Source: a bacterium
GTDB lineage: Bacteria > Patescibacteriota > Saccharimonadia > Saccharimonadales > SZUA-47
Reading direction: 5' to 3'
Length of the DNA stretch: 50,424 bases
Assembly (NCBI GenBank): GCA_030427365.1
Contig: JAUHWW010000004.1
Span: 1-50,424 of the forward strand
Positions 1-9,529 of this stretch are shown one piece after another. Position numbers and translations under genes: made by a program. The stretch's first letter is position 1. Each line of letters begins with the position of its first letter. The notes under the pieces were generated by a model. It was not told the origin of the DNA. It saw only the letters and a program-made list of their open reading frames with translations, and did no database searches.

Positions 1-47
1 CAGTTTGCAGCGACCATTATTTTTCGGTTATTACGCATATGCTTATC

Positions 48-1358
48 TTACCCTTTATCCTCGAGGCATTCAACGCCAGGCAGTTTCTTGCCGCTCATGA
101 GCTCTAAAGACGCGCCGCCACCAGTCGACACATGATTAAACATATCGTTCATACCGCGGCTATCAATATAGGCTGTTGTGTCACCACCCCCGACAATACT
201 GAACGGCACATGTCCGTGCTTACCAATCAGTCCATCTATTACAAATTCCGTGCCATGTGCATACGGGCCGACCTTCCCCTGTACACCCTTGAACTCAGCA
301 ATCCCCATCGTGCCATTCCACACAACCGTCGCCATTTGCTGCATCATGCCAGCAATAAAACTGCCACTGACCGGGCCAATGTCCACAATCTTTTCTGATT
401 TCTTTACTCGCTCTGCAAACACTGACGGCTGACCTGGATACGATTCGATAGAAGCGATTGCGTGCGCTTCCCAATCGACAATGCGAGTTGGCTCAGACTT
501 ATCAATCTCATCAGTCACCACCGCATCTTGCGGCAAATAGAAGGTAAATGAACGCTTCTTCATCTCGGCGCGAGCCCGCTCGATAATATCGTGCGCATCA
601 TTAATTTCTTCGTCGTCTGAAAGGCTCTCGCCGATTTCATTGCCAAGCGCTTTCATAAACGTATTTGCCATAGCACCACCAACAACGACGACGTCCGCTT
701 TCTGTAAAAAGACATCGATGATGTCGATCTTGTCGCTAATTTTTGCACCACCAATGACCGCCATTAACGGTCGCTCCGGATCGTGCATCGCTTTGGTTAT
801 CGTGGCGACTTCTTTCTCGAGTAGCAATCCTGCACACGATGGCAACAACTTGGCTGGGCCCACCACACTGGCATGAGCGCGATGCGCAGCACCAAAACAA
901 TCTTGCACAAATATGTCAGCATTTGTCGCTTCGACAATGGCTTTCGCGAAATTCTCATCACCTGATTTCTCTTCCGCACTATAAAAACGCACGTTCTCGA
1001 GCAAGAGCACATCGCCTGGGTTCATGTCCTTTGCTGCTGTTTTTACCTTTTCACCGATCGTATCTGCCACAAAAGTAACTGGCGCTTTCAGCAGGCTGCT
1101 CAATCGCTTAGCGACTGGCTTCAAACTTTTGGATGGATCGTGACTTTTTGGTCTGCCAAGATGTGACATTACGATGACTTTGCACTTCTGCTGGCGCAGA
1201 TATTCAATCGTTGGCACGCTTTGTGTAATCCGGTAATCACTCGTAATTTCCTGCTTGTCGTCAAGCGGCACGTTGTAGTCGGCGCGTACGAGCACGGTCT
1301 TGCCGTGAAGGTCCATATCATGCACTGTTTTTTTCATAAACCCACCCGCTTGTGACAT
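48..1358 (-). CDS. pgk: Phosphoglycerate kinase
   Basis: VRADYNVP, SHLGRP, LLENVRF, GGAKISDKI, WNGTMG, GGGDT and HVSTGGGASLE motifs; starts immediately after the pyk stop. Confidence 0.98.
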   Translation of the reverse strand: MSQAGGFMKKTVHDMDLHGKTVLVRADYNVPLDDKQEITSDYRITQSVPTIEYLRQQKCKVIVMSHLGRPKSHDPSKSLKPVAKRLSSLLKAPVTFVADTIGEKVKTAAKDMNPGDVLLLENVRFYSAEEKSGDENFAKAIVEATNADIFVQDCFGAAHRAHASVVGPAKLLPSCAGLLLEKEVATITKAMHDPERPLMAVIGGAKISDKIDIIDVFLQKADVVVVGGAMANTFMKALGNEIGESLSDDEEINDAHDIIERARAEMKKRSFTFYLPQDAVVTDEIDKSEPTRIVDWEAHAIASIESYPGQPSVFAERVKKSEKIVDIGPVSGSFIAGMMQQMATVVWNGTMGIAEFKGVQGKVGPYAHGTEFVIDGLIGKHGHVPFSIVGGGDTTAYIDSRGMNDMFNHVSTGGGASLELMSGKKLPGVECLEDKG

Positions 1359-2801
1359 TTAGATAACCCGTACCTTTATTGTGTCCGTTGTGCCGACTAC
1401 GCCTGGATACTGCCCAGAAGCGGTGACAATGCAGTCACCCTTCTTTAGCACCTTACTCTTTTCAAGCCAAGACGTCAGTTTTGTCGCTGCCATTTTGCTA
1501 TCAGGACGTACATATGATTTGATGCCATAGACAATACATAGTTGCTGTGAGACGCGGGGGACACTGGTGACAGCAATAATCGGTTCATCTGGGCGCTTTG
1601 CTGCAATTTCGCGTGCAGTCGCGCCAGATTTGGTTTCGGCCACAATCGCCGTCGCATTCGTGGCTTTTGCCAACTCAACGACGCTTTTTGAGATCGCTTC
1701 CTGACGCGTGAGTTCACGAAGTCCACTGCGCACATGATACTCAACTGACAAGACGTCTTGGTGACTTTCGGTATACGTCAAGATTTTTTTCATCGTTTTT
1801 ACTACTAACGACGGATGCTTGCCGGCGGCCGTCTCTTCGCTTAGCATGACGCAATCAGCACCAATAATCGACGCAGTCGCTACGTCTGAGACTTCGGCGC
1901 GTGTGGGCTCTGTCGCTTCAGTCATGCTAACAAGCATTTGGGTAGCAATTATGACTGGCTTTGCGTGTGCACGGCATAGCCCGACAATTTTACGAGCTTG
2001 AATAGGTACGACTTCAGGACTCGCTTCAACGGCTAAGTCCCCGCGTGCAACCATCACCGCATCAGCTTCTTTGACAATAGCTTCGATATCATCAAGCGCG
2101 GCCTGCGTCTCGACTTTTGCAATCAATTTAGCTTTGCTGTTTAGGTTACGCATTGCACGTTTCATGGCACGAACGTCAGCAGCTGACTGAATAAAGCTCA
2201 TCGCGACGTAGTCGACATCATGTTCACTGCCAAATGCGAGGTCTTCTTTGTCTTTCTGGGTTATGACATCGCCTGCGAAGTCGGTATCAGGCAGGTTGAT
2301 GCCTTTACGGCTAAGGAGTATGCCATCGTTTTCTGCCTTCGCGTGCACGAGACCGTCTTTGACGCTTGTAATCGTTGTAAGCACTTTACCGTCAAACAGC
2401 ATCATCCGTTCGCCTCGTTTGACCTTTTTACTGAGGTCAAATTGCGTTGGGATGTACTGCGCCTCATCTTCTTTCGGATTATATTTAAACGTAAGCTGCT
2501 GCCCTTTTCTAACCGTTATGATGCCGTCACAATCTCCGAGACGAATCTTTGGTCCTTGCAGATCTTGCACGATTGCGACCGGTTTGCCATATTCCTTTGA
2601 AGCTTTTCGAATCCACTTTATCTGTTTCACCCGTTCATCATTTGAGCCATGGCTAAAATTGAGACGAATACCGTTCGCTCCAGATTTGATAATCTCAAGA
2701 ATTTCATCATAGGTATTTGATGCAGGACCAATTGTGGCTAAGATTTTTGTACGCTTAAATGACGCGATAGGCACATTGGGTGCCTTCTCTGTTGTTTTCA
2801 T
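1359..2801 (-). CDS. pyk: Pyruvate kinase
   Basis: RTKILATIGPAS, RLNFSHG, DLQGPKIR, AKVE, MVARGDL, ATQML, PTRAEVSDV and MLSEETA motifs. Confidence 0.98.
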   Translation of the reverse strand: MKTTEKAPNVPIASFKRTKILATIGPASNTYDEILEIIKSGANGIRLNFSHGSNDERVKQIKWIRKASKEYGKPVAIVQDLQGPKIRLGDCDGIITVRKGQQLTFKYNPKEDEAQYIPTQFDLSKKVKRGERMMLFDGKVLTTITSVKDGLVHAKAENDGILLSRKGINLPDTDFAGDVITQKDKEDLAFGSEHDVDYVAMSFIQSAADVRAMKRAMRNLNSKAKLIAKVETQAALDDIEAIVKEADAVMVARGDLAVEASPEVVPIQARKIVGLCRAHAKPVIIATQMLVSMTEATEPTRAEVSDVATASIIGADCVMLSEETAAGKHPSLVVKTMKKILTYTESHQDVLSVEYHVRSGLRELTRQEAISKSVVELAKATNATAIVAETKSGATAREIAAKRPDEPIIAVTSVPRVSQQLCIVYGIKSYVRPDSKMAATKLTSWLEKSKVLKKGDCIVTASGQYPGVVGTTDTIKVRVI

Positions 2802-2887
2802 TGATAGTAGTATAACGGTAATGCTTCTTAAAGGTAAATTTTTTTATGTGAAGCTTACGGAGCTCAGTACTTTTAATTTAACAATAG

Positions 2888-3448
2888 CTATTCCATACTG
2901 TCATTTGCAAGCTGGCTATACACATCACGGAAAGTGCGACTATTCCAACCATGCCAGTATTGGCCATCTCCTTTAAACTGATAAGGAAAAGGGTTATCCA
3001 TGTTTTGTTGTAATCGATCTTTACGATTAATCCCAAATAGTGCTGAAAGAAGCAGCGAACTATGAAAGGAACCATCCACTACTACATTTGTTAGCTTTAT
3101 GATCTCTGCGTAATCTAAATACCGCAAGCTAGAAAAGGCCGGCTGCGCGAAAAATAGCCTTGCTACTCCTTGACCCTCTACGCAAAAGAATTCTGCCGTT
3201 CTGCCAGAGTCAGGGTGTGAGGCTCCAAAATACATTGAGGACTCAATCCGCGTTGGTCTAACCACGCCAAAAGCATCATACATATCATAATTCGTAGAGT
3301 CTTGAGAGCCGTCGAATTCAAGATCTATCCCAACACGCCGCCAATCGATTGGTGACTCATCACTAATTATCGAGAAAAGTTCATCAGTTGCATCAAGCAC
3401 TTCAAAACTACTCTCTGGATTAGTAAAGCTATTCAATGCTTCTGACAT
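2888..3448 (-). CDS. Hypothetical protein (orphan-like, acidic)
   Basis: 186 aa ORF filling the gap between pyk and DHFR; no recognisable motif. Confidence 0.6.
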   Translation of the reverse strand: MSEALNSFTNPESSFEVLDATDELFSIISDESPIDWRRVGIDLEFDGSQDSTNYDMYDAFGVVRPTRIESSMYFGASHPDSGRTAEFFCVEGQGVARLFFAQPAFSSLRYLDYAEIIKLTNVVVDGSFHSSLLLSALFGINRKDRLQQNMDNPFPYQFKGDGQYWHGWNSRTFRDVYSQLANDSME

Positions 3449-3511
3449 ATGGTCAATTTTATCACAAATAATGCATATTGTAATCAGTTATATTACTGTC
3501 ATAATGAAAAT

Positions 3512-4024
3512 ATGAAAATAGTCATGATCGCAGTCGTTAGCAAAGATGGTTTTCTGACGCGCGGGGATGACCCACACCCGAGCTCGTGGGCATCTGAAGA
3601 AGATCGGTTTCACTACTTGAACATGTTGCGTTCACATACTTTGTATCTTATGGGTAGCCGCACATACGAATTTTCGAAGAAGTCCCTGCCTGCCAGTGCG
3701 AAAAAAATTGTCATGTCGCACAAAGCAAATGAAATGCCGCAAACGAGTAATGTCCACTTTTCTGCGGCAGCTTTCGGCGATATCCTCAAGCAATACGAGG
3801 GCTCTCATGACACGCTGCTCGTGTTAGGCGGCGCTAGCATCTACCATCAAATGATCGACCAAGGCTTAATTAATGAAATTCACCTCACAGTTGAGCCGCT
3901 CTTGCTCCACAGTGGCACACGATTATTCGAACATGAGAGCTACTTCGCCCATCACGGATTTCGACTAGTTGAGGAGAAGCAGCTGAACGAAAATGGAACA
4001 AAGCTGGTTATTTATAGAACCTAA
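3512..4024 (+). CDS. folA: Dihydrofolate reductase family protein
   Basis: MIAVVSKDG, LMGSRTYE, VLGGASIY and EIHLTVEP motifs; start moved to ATG 3512, just after a -10-like CATAAT. Confidence 0.85.
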   Translation: MKIVMIAVVSKDGFLTRGDDPHPSSWASEEDRFHYLNMLRSHTLYLMGSRTYEFSKKSLPASAKKIVMSHKANEMPQTSNVHFSAAAFGDILKQYEGSHDTLLVLGGASIYHQMIDQGLINEIHLTVEPLLLHSGTRLFEHESYFAHHGFRLVEEKQLNENGTKLVIYRT

Positions 4025-5187
4025 GTTCTTGCTATTGATCGACGCTCAAAAAACTTCAAGATAATAAACAACAAGATTGTTACCACAATTGTGACATTTG
4101 TCGGCACTTCTATATTTTCGTTCGTTGCAAAAATACCAATCGCGAAAAGCATACCAGCACTTAATAATTTGTCTAATAATGAGTATAGCGACAGTACCGT
4201 TGCTCTCGATGATCCCTCTATCACATCTTGCAAATCAGCCTCTTGAACCACCGCCGTTATGCGATAGAATCGTGTGACAAAAAACAGACCCAATACTTGT
4301 AGCCAAAGCGACTGAGTATAGAGAACGAGAAAAAAGGCCATTAGAATCATTGCAATTGAAATAATGTACTTTCGAAAGAAGGATTCATAATAATCAAGAG
4401 ACCAATATAGAAACGCGCTCGCTATCGTGACACCGGAAATAATAAGCGGCACTACGCGAGGCTCGACCCCGTAATCTCGATAATTAATAACAATAATTTC
4501 AAGCATAGTTGTGAGTGTTCCTGCAATGAGAACACCTTCGTAAAAGCGACGCTTTACAATCGGTGAATTCTTTACCACACGTAATGCTTTGCCTAAAAGC
4601 AGTTCGTTGGTTTTTGAGATACTTGGTGTAGCGGGCAGTGTCAGGCTGAGTAAAAATGAAAATGACACGGCGATAACGGAGAGCACAATCAGCAACTGGT
4701 ACTGCGTTCCAATAATGAAGGTTAATCCGTAGGCGATAACATAGCTAAGCATAGTTGCTGCTTTTATACGCGACGCACTCTTGAGGTACGAGACCTTTTT
4801 GTCTCCTCCGACTGCTTCATATAAGTAGGCCTGTAACGCACCCGAATTGAATGCCTCGCCAATACCCCACACCACAAAACCCATCAAATACCCAGAGAAA
4901 GTTGGTGCAACTAACCATACAGCGAGCCCTGCTGCTTTCAGAAGCTTACCAAGCGCAATTGAGTACTTCTTGCTGAACCGATCGGCAATCATGCCAGTTG
5001 GGACTTCGCTAACAATCTGAGTGATCAACACTGATGCGAGTAATGTGCCGACTCCCGCGGCTGATATACCGGACCTTTCACTGAACATGATGCTATACAG
5101 CGGGTAAATGAGCACGAACTCGCTCATAAATTCAACAGCGATCAGTTTATGGTATACGCTGCTGTAGCGTTCTCTGAATTTTTTCAT
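4021..5187 (-). CDS. MFS transporter
   Basis: About 12 hydrophobic segments; motif A-like EVPTGMIADRFSKK; GEAFNSGALQAYLYE. Confidence 0.9.
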   Translation of the reverse strand: MKKFRERYSSVYHKLIAVEFMSEFVLIYPLYSIMFSERSGISAAGVGTLLASVLITQIVSEVPTGMIADRFSKKYSIALGKLLKAAGLAVWLVAPTFSGYLMGFVVWGIGEAFNSGALQAYLYEAVGGDKKVSYLKSASRIKAATMLSYVIAYGLTFIIGTQYQLLIVLSVIAVSFSFLLSLTLPATPSISKTNELLLGKALRVVKNSPIVKRRFYEGVLIAGTLTTMLEIIVINYRDYGVEPRVVPLIISGVTIASAFLYWSLDYYESFFRKYIISIAMILMAFFLVLYTQSLWLQVLGLFFVTRFYRITAVVQEADLQDVIEGSSRATVLSLYSLLDKLLSAGMLFAIGIFATNENIEVPTNVTIVVTILLFIILKFFERRSIART

Positions 5188-5260
5188 GAATTACTGACCA
5201 TTATAAGATATGTTGATTAATAAATCTACCTCTGTTAAAATAAACTTCCGTATCCGAAGC

Positions 5261-5335
5261 GGTCTCATCGTCTAACGGTTAGGACACCAGGTTTTCATCC
5301 TGGCAATAGGGGTTCGATTCCCCTTGAGATCACCA
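5261..5335 (+). tRNA. tRNA-Glu(TTC)
   Basis: Cloverleaf; anticodon arm CCAGG-TTTTCAT-CCTGG; GGTTCGATTCC T arm; encoded CCA. Confidence 0.97.
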
Positions 5336-5373
5336 ACAAAATACCTCAGCTTTAGCTGGGGTTTTTTGTTGGT
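5332..5373 (+). terminator. Intrinsic terminator-like hairpin after tRNA-Glu
   Basis: ACCAACAAAA-T-ACCTCAGC loop GCTGGGGT-T-TTTTGTTGGT; the stem extends into the tRNA ACCA end. Confidence 0.75.
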
Positions 5374-5519
5374 ATCCAAGAGCAAGCCAACTGCTTGGCT
5401 TGCGTGGGGTCGAACGGGCGCAAGCCTTGTTTGCCAAGAAGGTGGCAAACGGCGCGCCGGGCTCGTGAGCAAATTGCAAAGCAATTTGACTTGTGAGTTG
5501 ATTCCTCTTGAGATCACCA
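5374..5519 (+). repeat. Structured tRNA-Glu satellite ending in a duplicate of the tRNA 3' end
   Basis: 5500-5519 matches tRNA 5316-5335 at 19/20 nt; hairpins GCAAGCCAA/TTGGCTTGC, GTTTGCCA/TGGCAAAC and AAATTGC/GCAATTT. Confidence 0.85.
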
Positions 5520-5587
5520 AACAATGAGTCGAGCTAGTCATGGTGTTTTTTAGTTGGTTTTACAATAGTACGTGATTTTCTTATACT

Positions 5588-5857
5588 TTGACTGTGAAAA
5601 AGAAACAAACTTTACAATCAAATAAAACACTCGAAATAATAGGATGGTATGGGCCGCTGGCATTCATAGTAGGGTTTGCTCTAGTCAGTTTTGGAATGAT
5701 TGAAGGGCGGAGCTATATATTTCAACTTTTGAATTTAACAGGAGGTGTCGCACTAGCCTTAATCTCACTGGCTAAAAATGCCTACCAGCCGGCAGCCTTA
5801 AATATCATTTTGGTAATAATTGCTCTAGTAACCTTAATCGATTTACTCTTATCGTGA
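5588..5857 (+). CDS. Small membrane protein (CBU_0592-like)
   Basis: Three hydrophobic helices; IIGWYG...FQLLNLTG...AYQPAALN pattern. Confidence 0.7.
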   Translation: MTVKKKQTLQSNKTLEIIGWYGPLAFIVGFALVSFGMIEGRSYIFQLLNLTGGVALALISLAKNAYQPAALNIILVIIALVTLIDLLLS

Positions 5858-6531
5858 AGGATAGCATCTATAACAAAGCTGCGTTCATATTCGATATGGA
5901 CGGTACATTGGTTGATAGTGAGCCGGTGGGTCCTAGAACTTTTATTGAGATTTTTAAAAATCGTCAAGTTGATGTTTCTCCTGAAGACATTGAGTCGTTC
6001 ACCCAATCGTGGAGAAGGATTGGTGATTATACACCGCAAGACGAGCTCTTAACTTTCCTAGCCAGAAAATATACTATTAATGATATTGTTAATGACTTTT
6101 ATTCCCTTTATAAAAACAATTTGCAAAAAGCTCATGTTCTTTCTGGGGTGAATGAATTTTTACACACAGCTAAGAAACAAGCAAAAAAACTGGTGGTGGT
6201 CTCTGCAAGCAAGCGTACTCAGATAGAATCAGTTTTGTTGAATAACCAATGGCAGGATTTTTTCGATTTTATTGTTGGAGAAGAAGATGTTAGCGCCCAT
6301 AAGCCAGACCCTGAAGGATATATTTTTGCTATACAAAAGCTAGGCTTAGCTAGCGATGAAGTGGCTATATTTGAAGACTCTAGAAATGGAGTACTTGCAG
6401 CCAAAGCCGCAGGAGCACTAACCGTTGCAGTTAAGGCTGGGGCCTCACCCAATCAAGACATTACAGAGGCAGACGCTACAATTGAAAGCTTTCAAGATCT
6501 GCTCCAGGACGATTCAGACAATTGTGAATGA
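5854..6531 (+). CDS. HAD-family phosphatase (beta-PGM-like)
   Basis: FDMDGTLVDSE, KPDPEGY and FEDSRNGV motifs. Confidence 0.93.
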   Translation: MKDSIYNKAAFIFDMDGTLVDSEPVGPRTFIEIFKNRQVDVSPEDIESFTQSWRRIGDYTPQDELLTFLARKYTINDIVNDFYSLYKNNLQKAHVLSGVNEFLHTAKKQAKKLVVVSASKRTQIESVLLNNQWQDFFDFIVGEEDVSAHKPDPEGYIFAIQKLGLASDEVAIFEDSRNGVLAAKAAGALTVAVKAGASPNQDITEADATIESFQDLLQDDSDNCE

Positions 6532-6564
6532 TGCTGGTGTAAACTTTTTTGATACCATGATGCT

Positions 6565-7137
6565 ATGACACTCAATCCTAAAAAAATTGCAGGATTAGAC
6601 ACTGGCCGTTTGGGATTATGGAACCCAGCCAATCTATTGACGTTTTTCAGACTAATAGCTGGTTTGTTTGCAATACTAGCGTTTGAAGCTGGGTGGGTGA
6701 CACCGACAGCAGCAATCATCATCATAGCGCTGAGCGCGGCTACCGATCTCGATGGGTTTGTTGCGCGGCGACTTAACTGCAGCTCAGCTTTTGGGCAGTT
6801 CCTCGACCCGCTTGTCGACAAATTATTTATCGCTATCGTTGGTGTTTGGTCGCTCTACCGAGTCGGGAGCTTGTGGCCACTTGTGCTTGCACTTGTGGTT
6901 ATTCATCTGCTCATAAGTTTCTATGCTATGCGCAACATAGCCGTCAGTGATATCAAGGGCGAACAGTTCGGTAAAGTCGCTATGGCGGCGACTTTTATGA
7001 GCATGGTATTGACTCTCTATGCGTATAACGCTGTGCCTGAAAACACCTTACTAAAAAACGTCGCCGGCATCAGCCTCGCTCTCGCTTTCGTCCTTGAAGT
7101 AATTAATTACCAGAAAATCACGTCATCAAAGCAGTAG
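6565..7137 (+). CDS. CDP-alcohol phosphatidyltransferase (PgsA-like)
   Basis: ANLLTFFR and DLDGFVARRLNCSSAFGQFLDPLVDK signature. Confidence 0.9.
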   Translation: MTLNPKKIAGLDTGRLGLWNPANLLTFFRLIAGLFAILAFEAGWVTPTAAIIIIALSAATDLDGFVARRLNCSSAFGQFLDPLVDKLFIAIVGVWSLYRVGSLWPLVLALVVIHLLISFYAMRNIAVSDIKGEQFGKVAMAATFMSMVLTLYAYNAVPENTLLKNVAGISLALAFVLEVINYQKITSSKQ

Positions 7138-7139
7138 AT

Positions 7140-7751
7140 TTACGCGTACTTCTTCAGAATATTTGTTACTTGTCGAGCTGCATTCATGTCGCCGCCCTCA
7201 GCTGCGTGCTGAAAGCGCATCGCCAGCCGCAAATCTGTTTTCTCCTGATCTAACTGAGCACGGTAAGATCGCTCTTTCGAACGTAAATCTTTAATGTCCT
7301 GTAAGAGCTGGCGAACTTTCCGCTCTCGCTTGAAAAAGCTTTTTGGATCGACATGCTGCGTGACGACTGCAGATAAACGCTCACTGCGCATATGACGAAG
7401 CTCTCTGTCTTTATTCACAATCGCAGCATGTATATCCTGCACCTTACGAGGCAGTGTGAGGACGTCCTGTTTCAGTTTTTGCAGGCGTGATTGCACGATT
7501 AAAGTTTCCATGTCGTCCTCCTTTTGTTCATTCATTGATTGCAATCGATAACGATCGACGAGCTGCCATTCCTGCATGAGTAGCGCAAAACCCCCGATGG
7601 CTGCATACAGCAGCGCGACGGTGAAAGAAAAGACCAGCGCAGGATGACCGATCGCCAATGTCAGTAGCAGAATGACAAAAGCGACACCAAGCGCAGCCTT
7701 CTCTGTTAGCAGCAAGCCTTCACGGTAACTTGTTATGTAACGTAGTTTCAT
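7140..7751 (-). CDS. Hypothetical membrane protein with C-terminal coiled coil
   Basis: Two N-terminal TM segments, then a charged helical region; GAGGAGG RBS upstream. Confidence 0.75.
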   Translation of the reverse strand: MKLRYITSYREGLLLTEKAALGVAFVILLLTLAIGHPALVFSFTVALLYAAIGGFALLMQEWQLVDRYRLQSMNEQKEDDMETLIVQSRLQKLKQDVLTLPRKVQDIHAAIVNKDRELRHMRSERLSAVVTQHVDPKSFFKRERKVRQLLQDIKDLRSKERSYRAQLDQEKTDLRLAMRFQHAAEGGDMNAARQVTNILKKYA

Positions 7752-7912
7752 GGCTCCTCCTCTCGATTCTTGTACAGTAAAATCATTGAATACACAATAA
7801 ACGCTGCGGGTAGCATAATAATAGGTTGCAGCGCCATCAAAAAAATAACTGCTGCAGCGCCACTAGTGATAATGGCAATTTGCATGTGGTAGTTGGGTGA
7901 AATAATACGCAT
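7748..7912 (-). CDS. Small hydrophobic protein (54 aa, absent from the ORF track)
   Basis: MRIISPNYHMQIAIITSGAAAVIFLMALQPIIMLPAAFIVYSMILLYKNREEEP*; its TGA overlaps the next ATG (ATGA) and its start follows the upstream stop. Confidence 0.6.
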   Translation of the reverse strand: MRIISPNYHMQIAIITSGAAAVIFLMALQPIIMLPAAFIVYSMILLYKNREEEP

Positions 7913-7914
7913 TC

Positions 7915-8295
7915 TTAGCTCCTTGCTGTGTTTAATTTTTCCGCTCTCCGCATATACTCTCCTACTTTCTCTGTCGTCGGAATGATGCGGCTACGACGTT
8001 TACGGCCGCGCGGCAATCCTGTCAACAACAGATAACTTTGCCATTTGTCAGCATCCACTTCCAGCTCTAGATGCTCAAGGTCAACAAGATCTGGCTCATC
8101 CTTAATCGAAAACAAACGAAATACGCCACCACTAAATACTGCAACCATCCGATGCTCTTTTGTTGGTAGCGACAATAGCTCGCCAATCGACGGTGCATGC
8201 ACCCACACATACATCTTCTCCTTCAGCTGCAAGATTTTAACCCCACTCTTTGTTTCACCGAGCTTATAGCGACCTTGTTGTTTCAGGCGGATCAT
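7915..8295 (-). CDS. Hypothetical protein
   Basis: Probable start MIRLKQQG after GGAGG, overlapping the end of the upstream gene. Confidence 0.7.
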   Translation of the reverse strand: MIRLKQQGRYKLGETKSGVKILQLKEKMYVWVHAPSIGELLSLPTKEHRMVAVFSGGVFRLFSIKDEPDLVDLEHLELEVDADKWQSYLLLTGLPRGRKRRSRIIPTTEKVGEYMRRAEKLNTARS

Positions 8296-8761
8296 AATCC
8301 TTCCCTCCATTCTGGTGTTCAATGCAGCGCCGCTCAATATACTTCTGAAAACGCCTCGCAGCCTGAGCATACAGCGTGGTGACTTTAAAATCACCAAGAC
8401 GTGTCTGTAGCGTCACTGAGTAAATTGGACCCATATTAGTAATATCAACGCCCGCCACGACGAAATAGGTGATGTCTTCGGTGTCTTTGAATATTGGTTT
8501 GCAGTCGATGACAATGACCCGGCGATCAGTAGCAACAATCATAATGTGGCCATGATCACTCCGACCAGCAATTGCGCCGCCAATTTTCTCACCGCCATGA
8601 ATAATGTCTGGGAGGTAGTTCGCTTCAGAGCGAGCAAGCTCAATCCAATCTAATCCGACTTCTCGCAGCCGTTTAAAGACATATTGGCGCTTGGCTTCTT
8701 TGCGTTGGTTCGCCGCTAACGTCTGCAAGCGGCGTTGGCTGGTTGTGAGATTGGCTTGCAT
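8264..8761 (-). CDS. Bacterial PH-domain protein
   Basis: GEKIGGAIAG...MIVATDRRVIVID pattern typical of bacterial PH domains. Confidence 0.7.
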   Translation of the reverse strand: MQANLTTSQRRLQTLAANQRKEAKRQYVFKRLREVGLDWIELARSEANYLPDIIHGGEKIGGAIAGRSDHGHIMIVATDRRVIVIDCKPIFKDTEDITYFVVAGVDITNMGPIYSVTLQTRLGDFKVTTLYAQAARRFQKYIERRCIEHQNGGKDYDPPETTRSL

Positions 8762-8809
8762 AGCTATTCCCCTCGCAGCAGTAGTTAATCACTCTCTCAA
8801 GAGGTTGTC

Positions 8810-8825
8810 GTTGATCGAAATCACA
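8810..8825. promoter_or_regulatory. CRP/FNR-type binding box
   Basis: TTGAT-CGAA-ATCAC (reverse strand TGTGA-N6-TCAAC), between the Crp/Fnr gene and the operon starting at 8761. Confidence 0.65.
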
Positions 8826-8842
8826 AAGTTGGAAAATTCGGT

Positions 8843-9487
8843 CTAGGTATTCTGTTCGAATTCACGTTGCAGCGCATCTATGTCGTAAATATGGATCGTC
8901 TGATGGTCGAGGGCGACGAGTTTTTGCTTTTTTAGTTTCTTAAACTCTCGGCTCACAGTTTCCCTGCTGAGGCCGCATAGCTGACCCAATTCATATTCTT
9001 TCATTGGCAACGTTACTTCACTCGCGCCTTGACCGATTCGGTGACTCTGCAGCATTAATTCGTGAAGCACTCTGACATATGCGGATTCACTCATGCTATA
9101 CACCATACGCATCAATACCCCGTCTAAGCCCGACAGCACTCGGCTCAACAAATCTTGCGTGACATCCTGGTTATCAGCTAAAAACCTCAGCACCTCATCA
9201 TGAGGAGCAGCGTGCAAGCGACACTGAGTAACGGCTTCAAAGAAAAAATGATTTGGAGCATGAGTGAGCGCCTGCGTCATTGGGAAAAATGCTGGATGAT
9301 GCAGCGTATTAACGACAATCTCTTCACCACGCTTATCAACAATGTATTGCCGAACGTCGCCGCTCTCAATATAAAACACATAGGATGGTCGCTCATCGGC
9401 GTGAATAATGATCTGCTTTGGATCCCATGATCGCGCGGGATACTTGCTGAAAAAATCTTGGACCTTTTTCTGCACTACTTGGTTCAT
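8843..9487 (-). CDS. Crp/Fnr family transcriptional regulator
   Basis: cNMP-binding-like N domain (YVFYIESGDVRQY) and HTH ELGQLCGLSRETVSRE. Confidence 0.93.
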   Translation of the reverse strand: MNQVVQKKVQDFFSKYPARSWDPKQIIIHADERPSYVFYIESGDVRQYIVDKRGEEIVVNTLHHPAFFPMTQALTHAPNHFFFEAVTQCRLHAAPHDEVLRFLADNQDVTQDLLSRVLSGLDGVLMRMVYSMSESAYVRVLHELMLQSHRIGQGASEVTLPMKEYELGQLCGLSRETVSREFKKLKKQKLVALDHQTIHIYDIDALQREFEQNT

Positions 9488-9529
9488 CGCTATCTCCTTG
9501 CCGCGTCTCTAATGATACTTCTCATTCCA

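Noticed and set aside
5500-5519. attR of an integrated prophage or island at tRNA-Glu (likewise Lys and Pro)
   Set aside because: Only about 165 bp separate the repeats, there is no integrase, and inverted copies and 5'-end duplications are not expected from tyrosine-integrase insertion. It cannot be wholly excluded as a remote origin.
5272-5541. Short ORFs over tRNA-Glu and its satellite (also 28795-29109, 41359-41944, 44297-44554)
   Set aside because: They overlap tRNAs or structured repeats and have no protein-like features.
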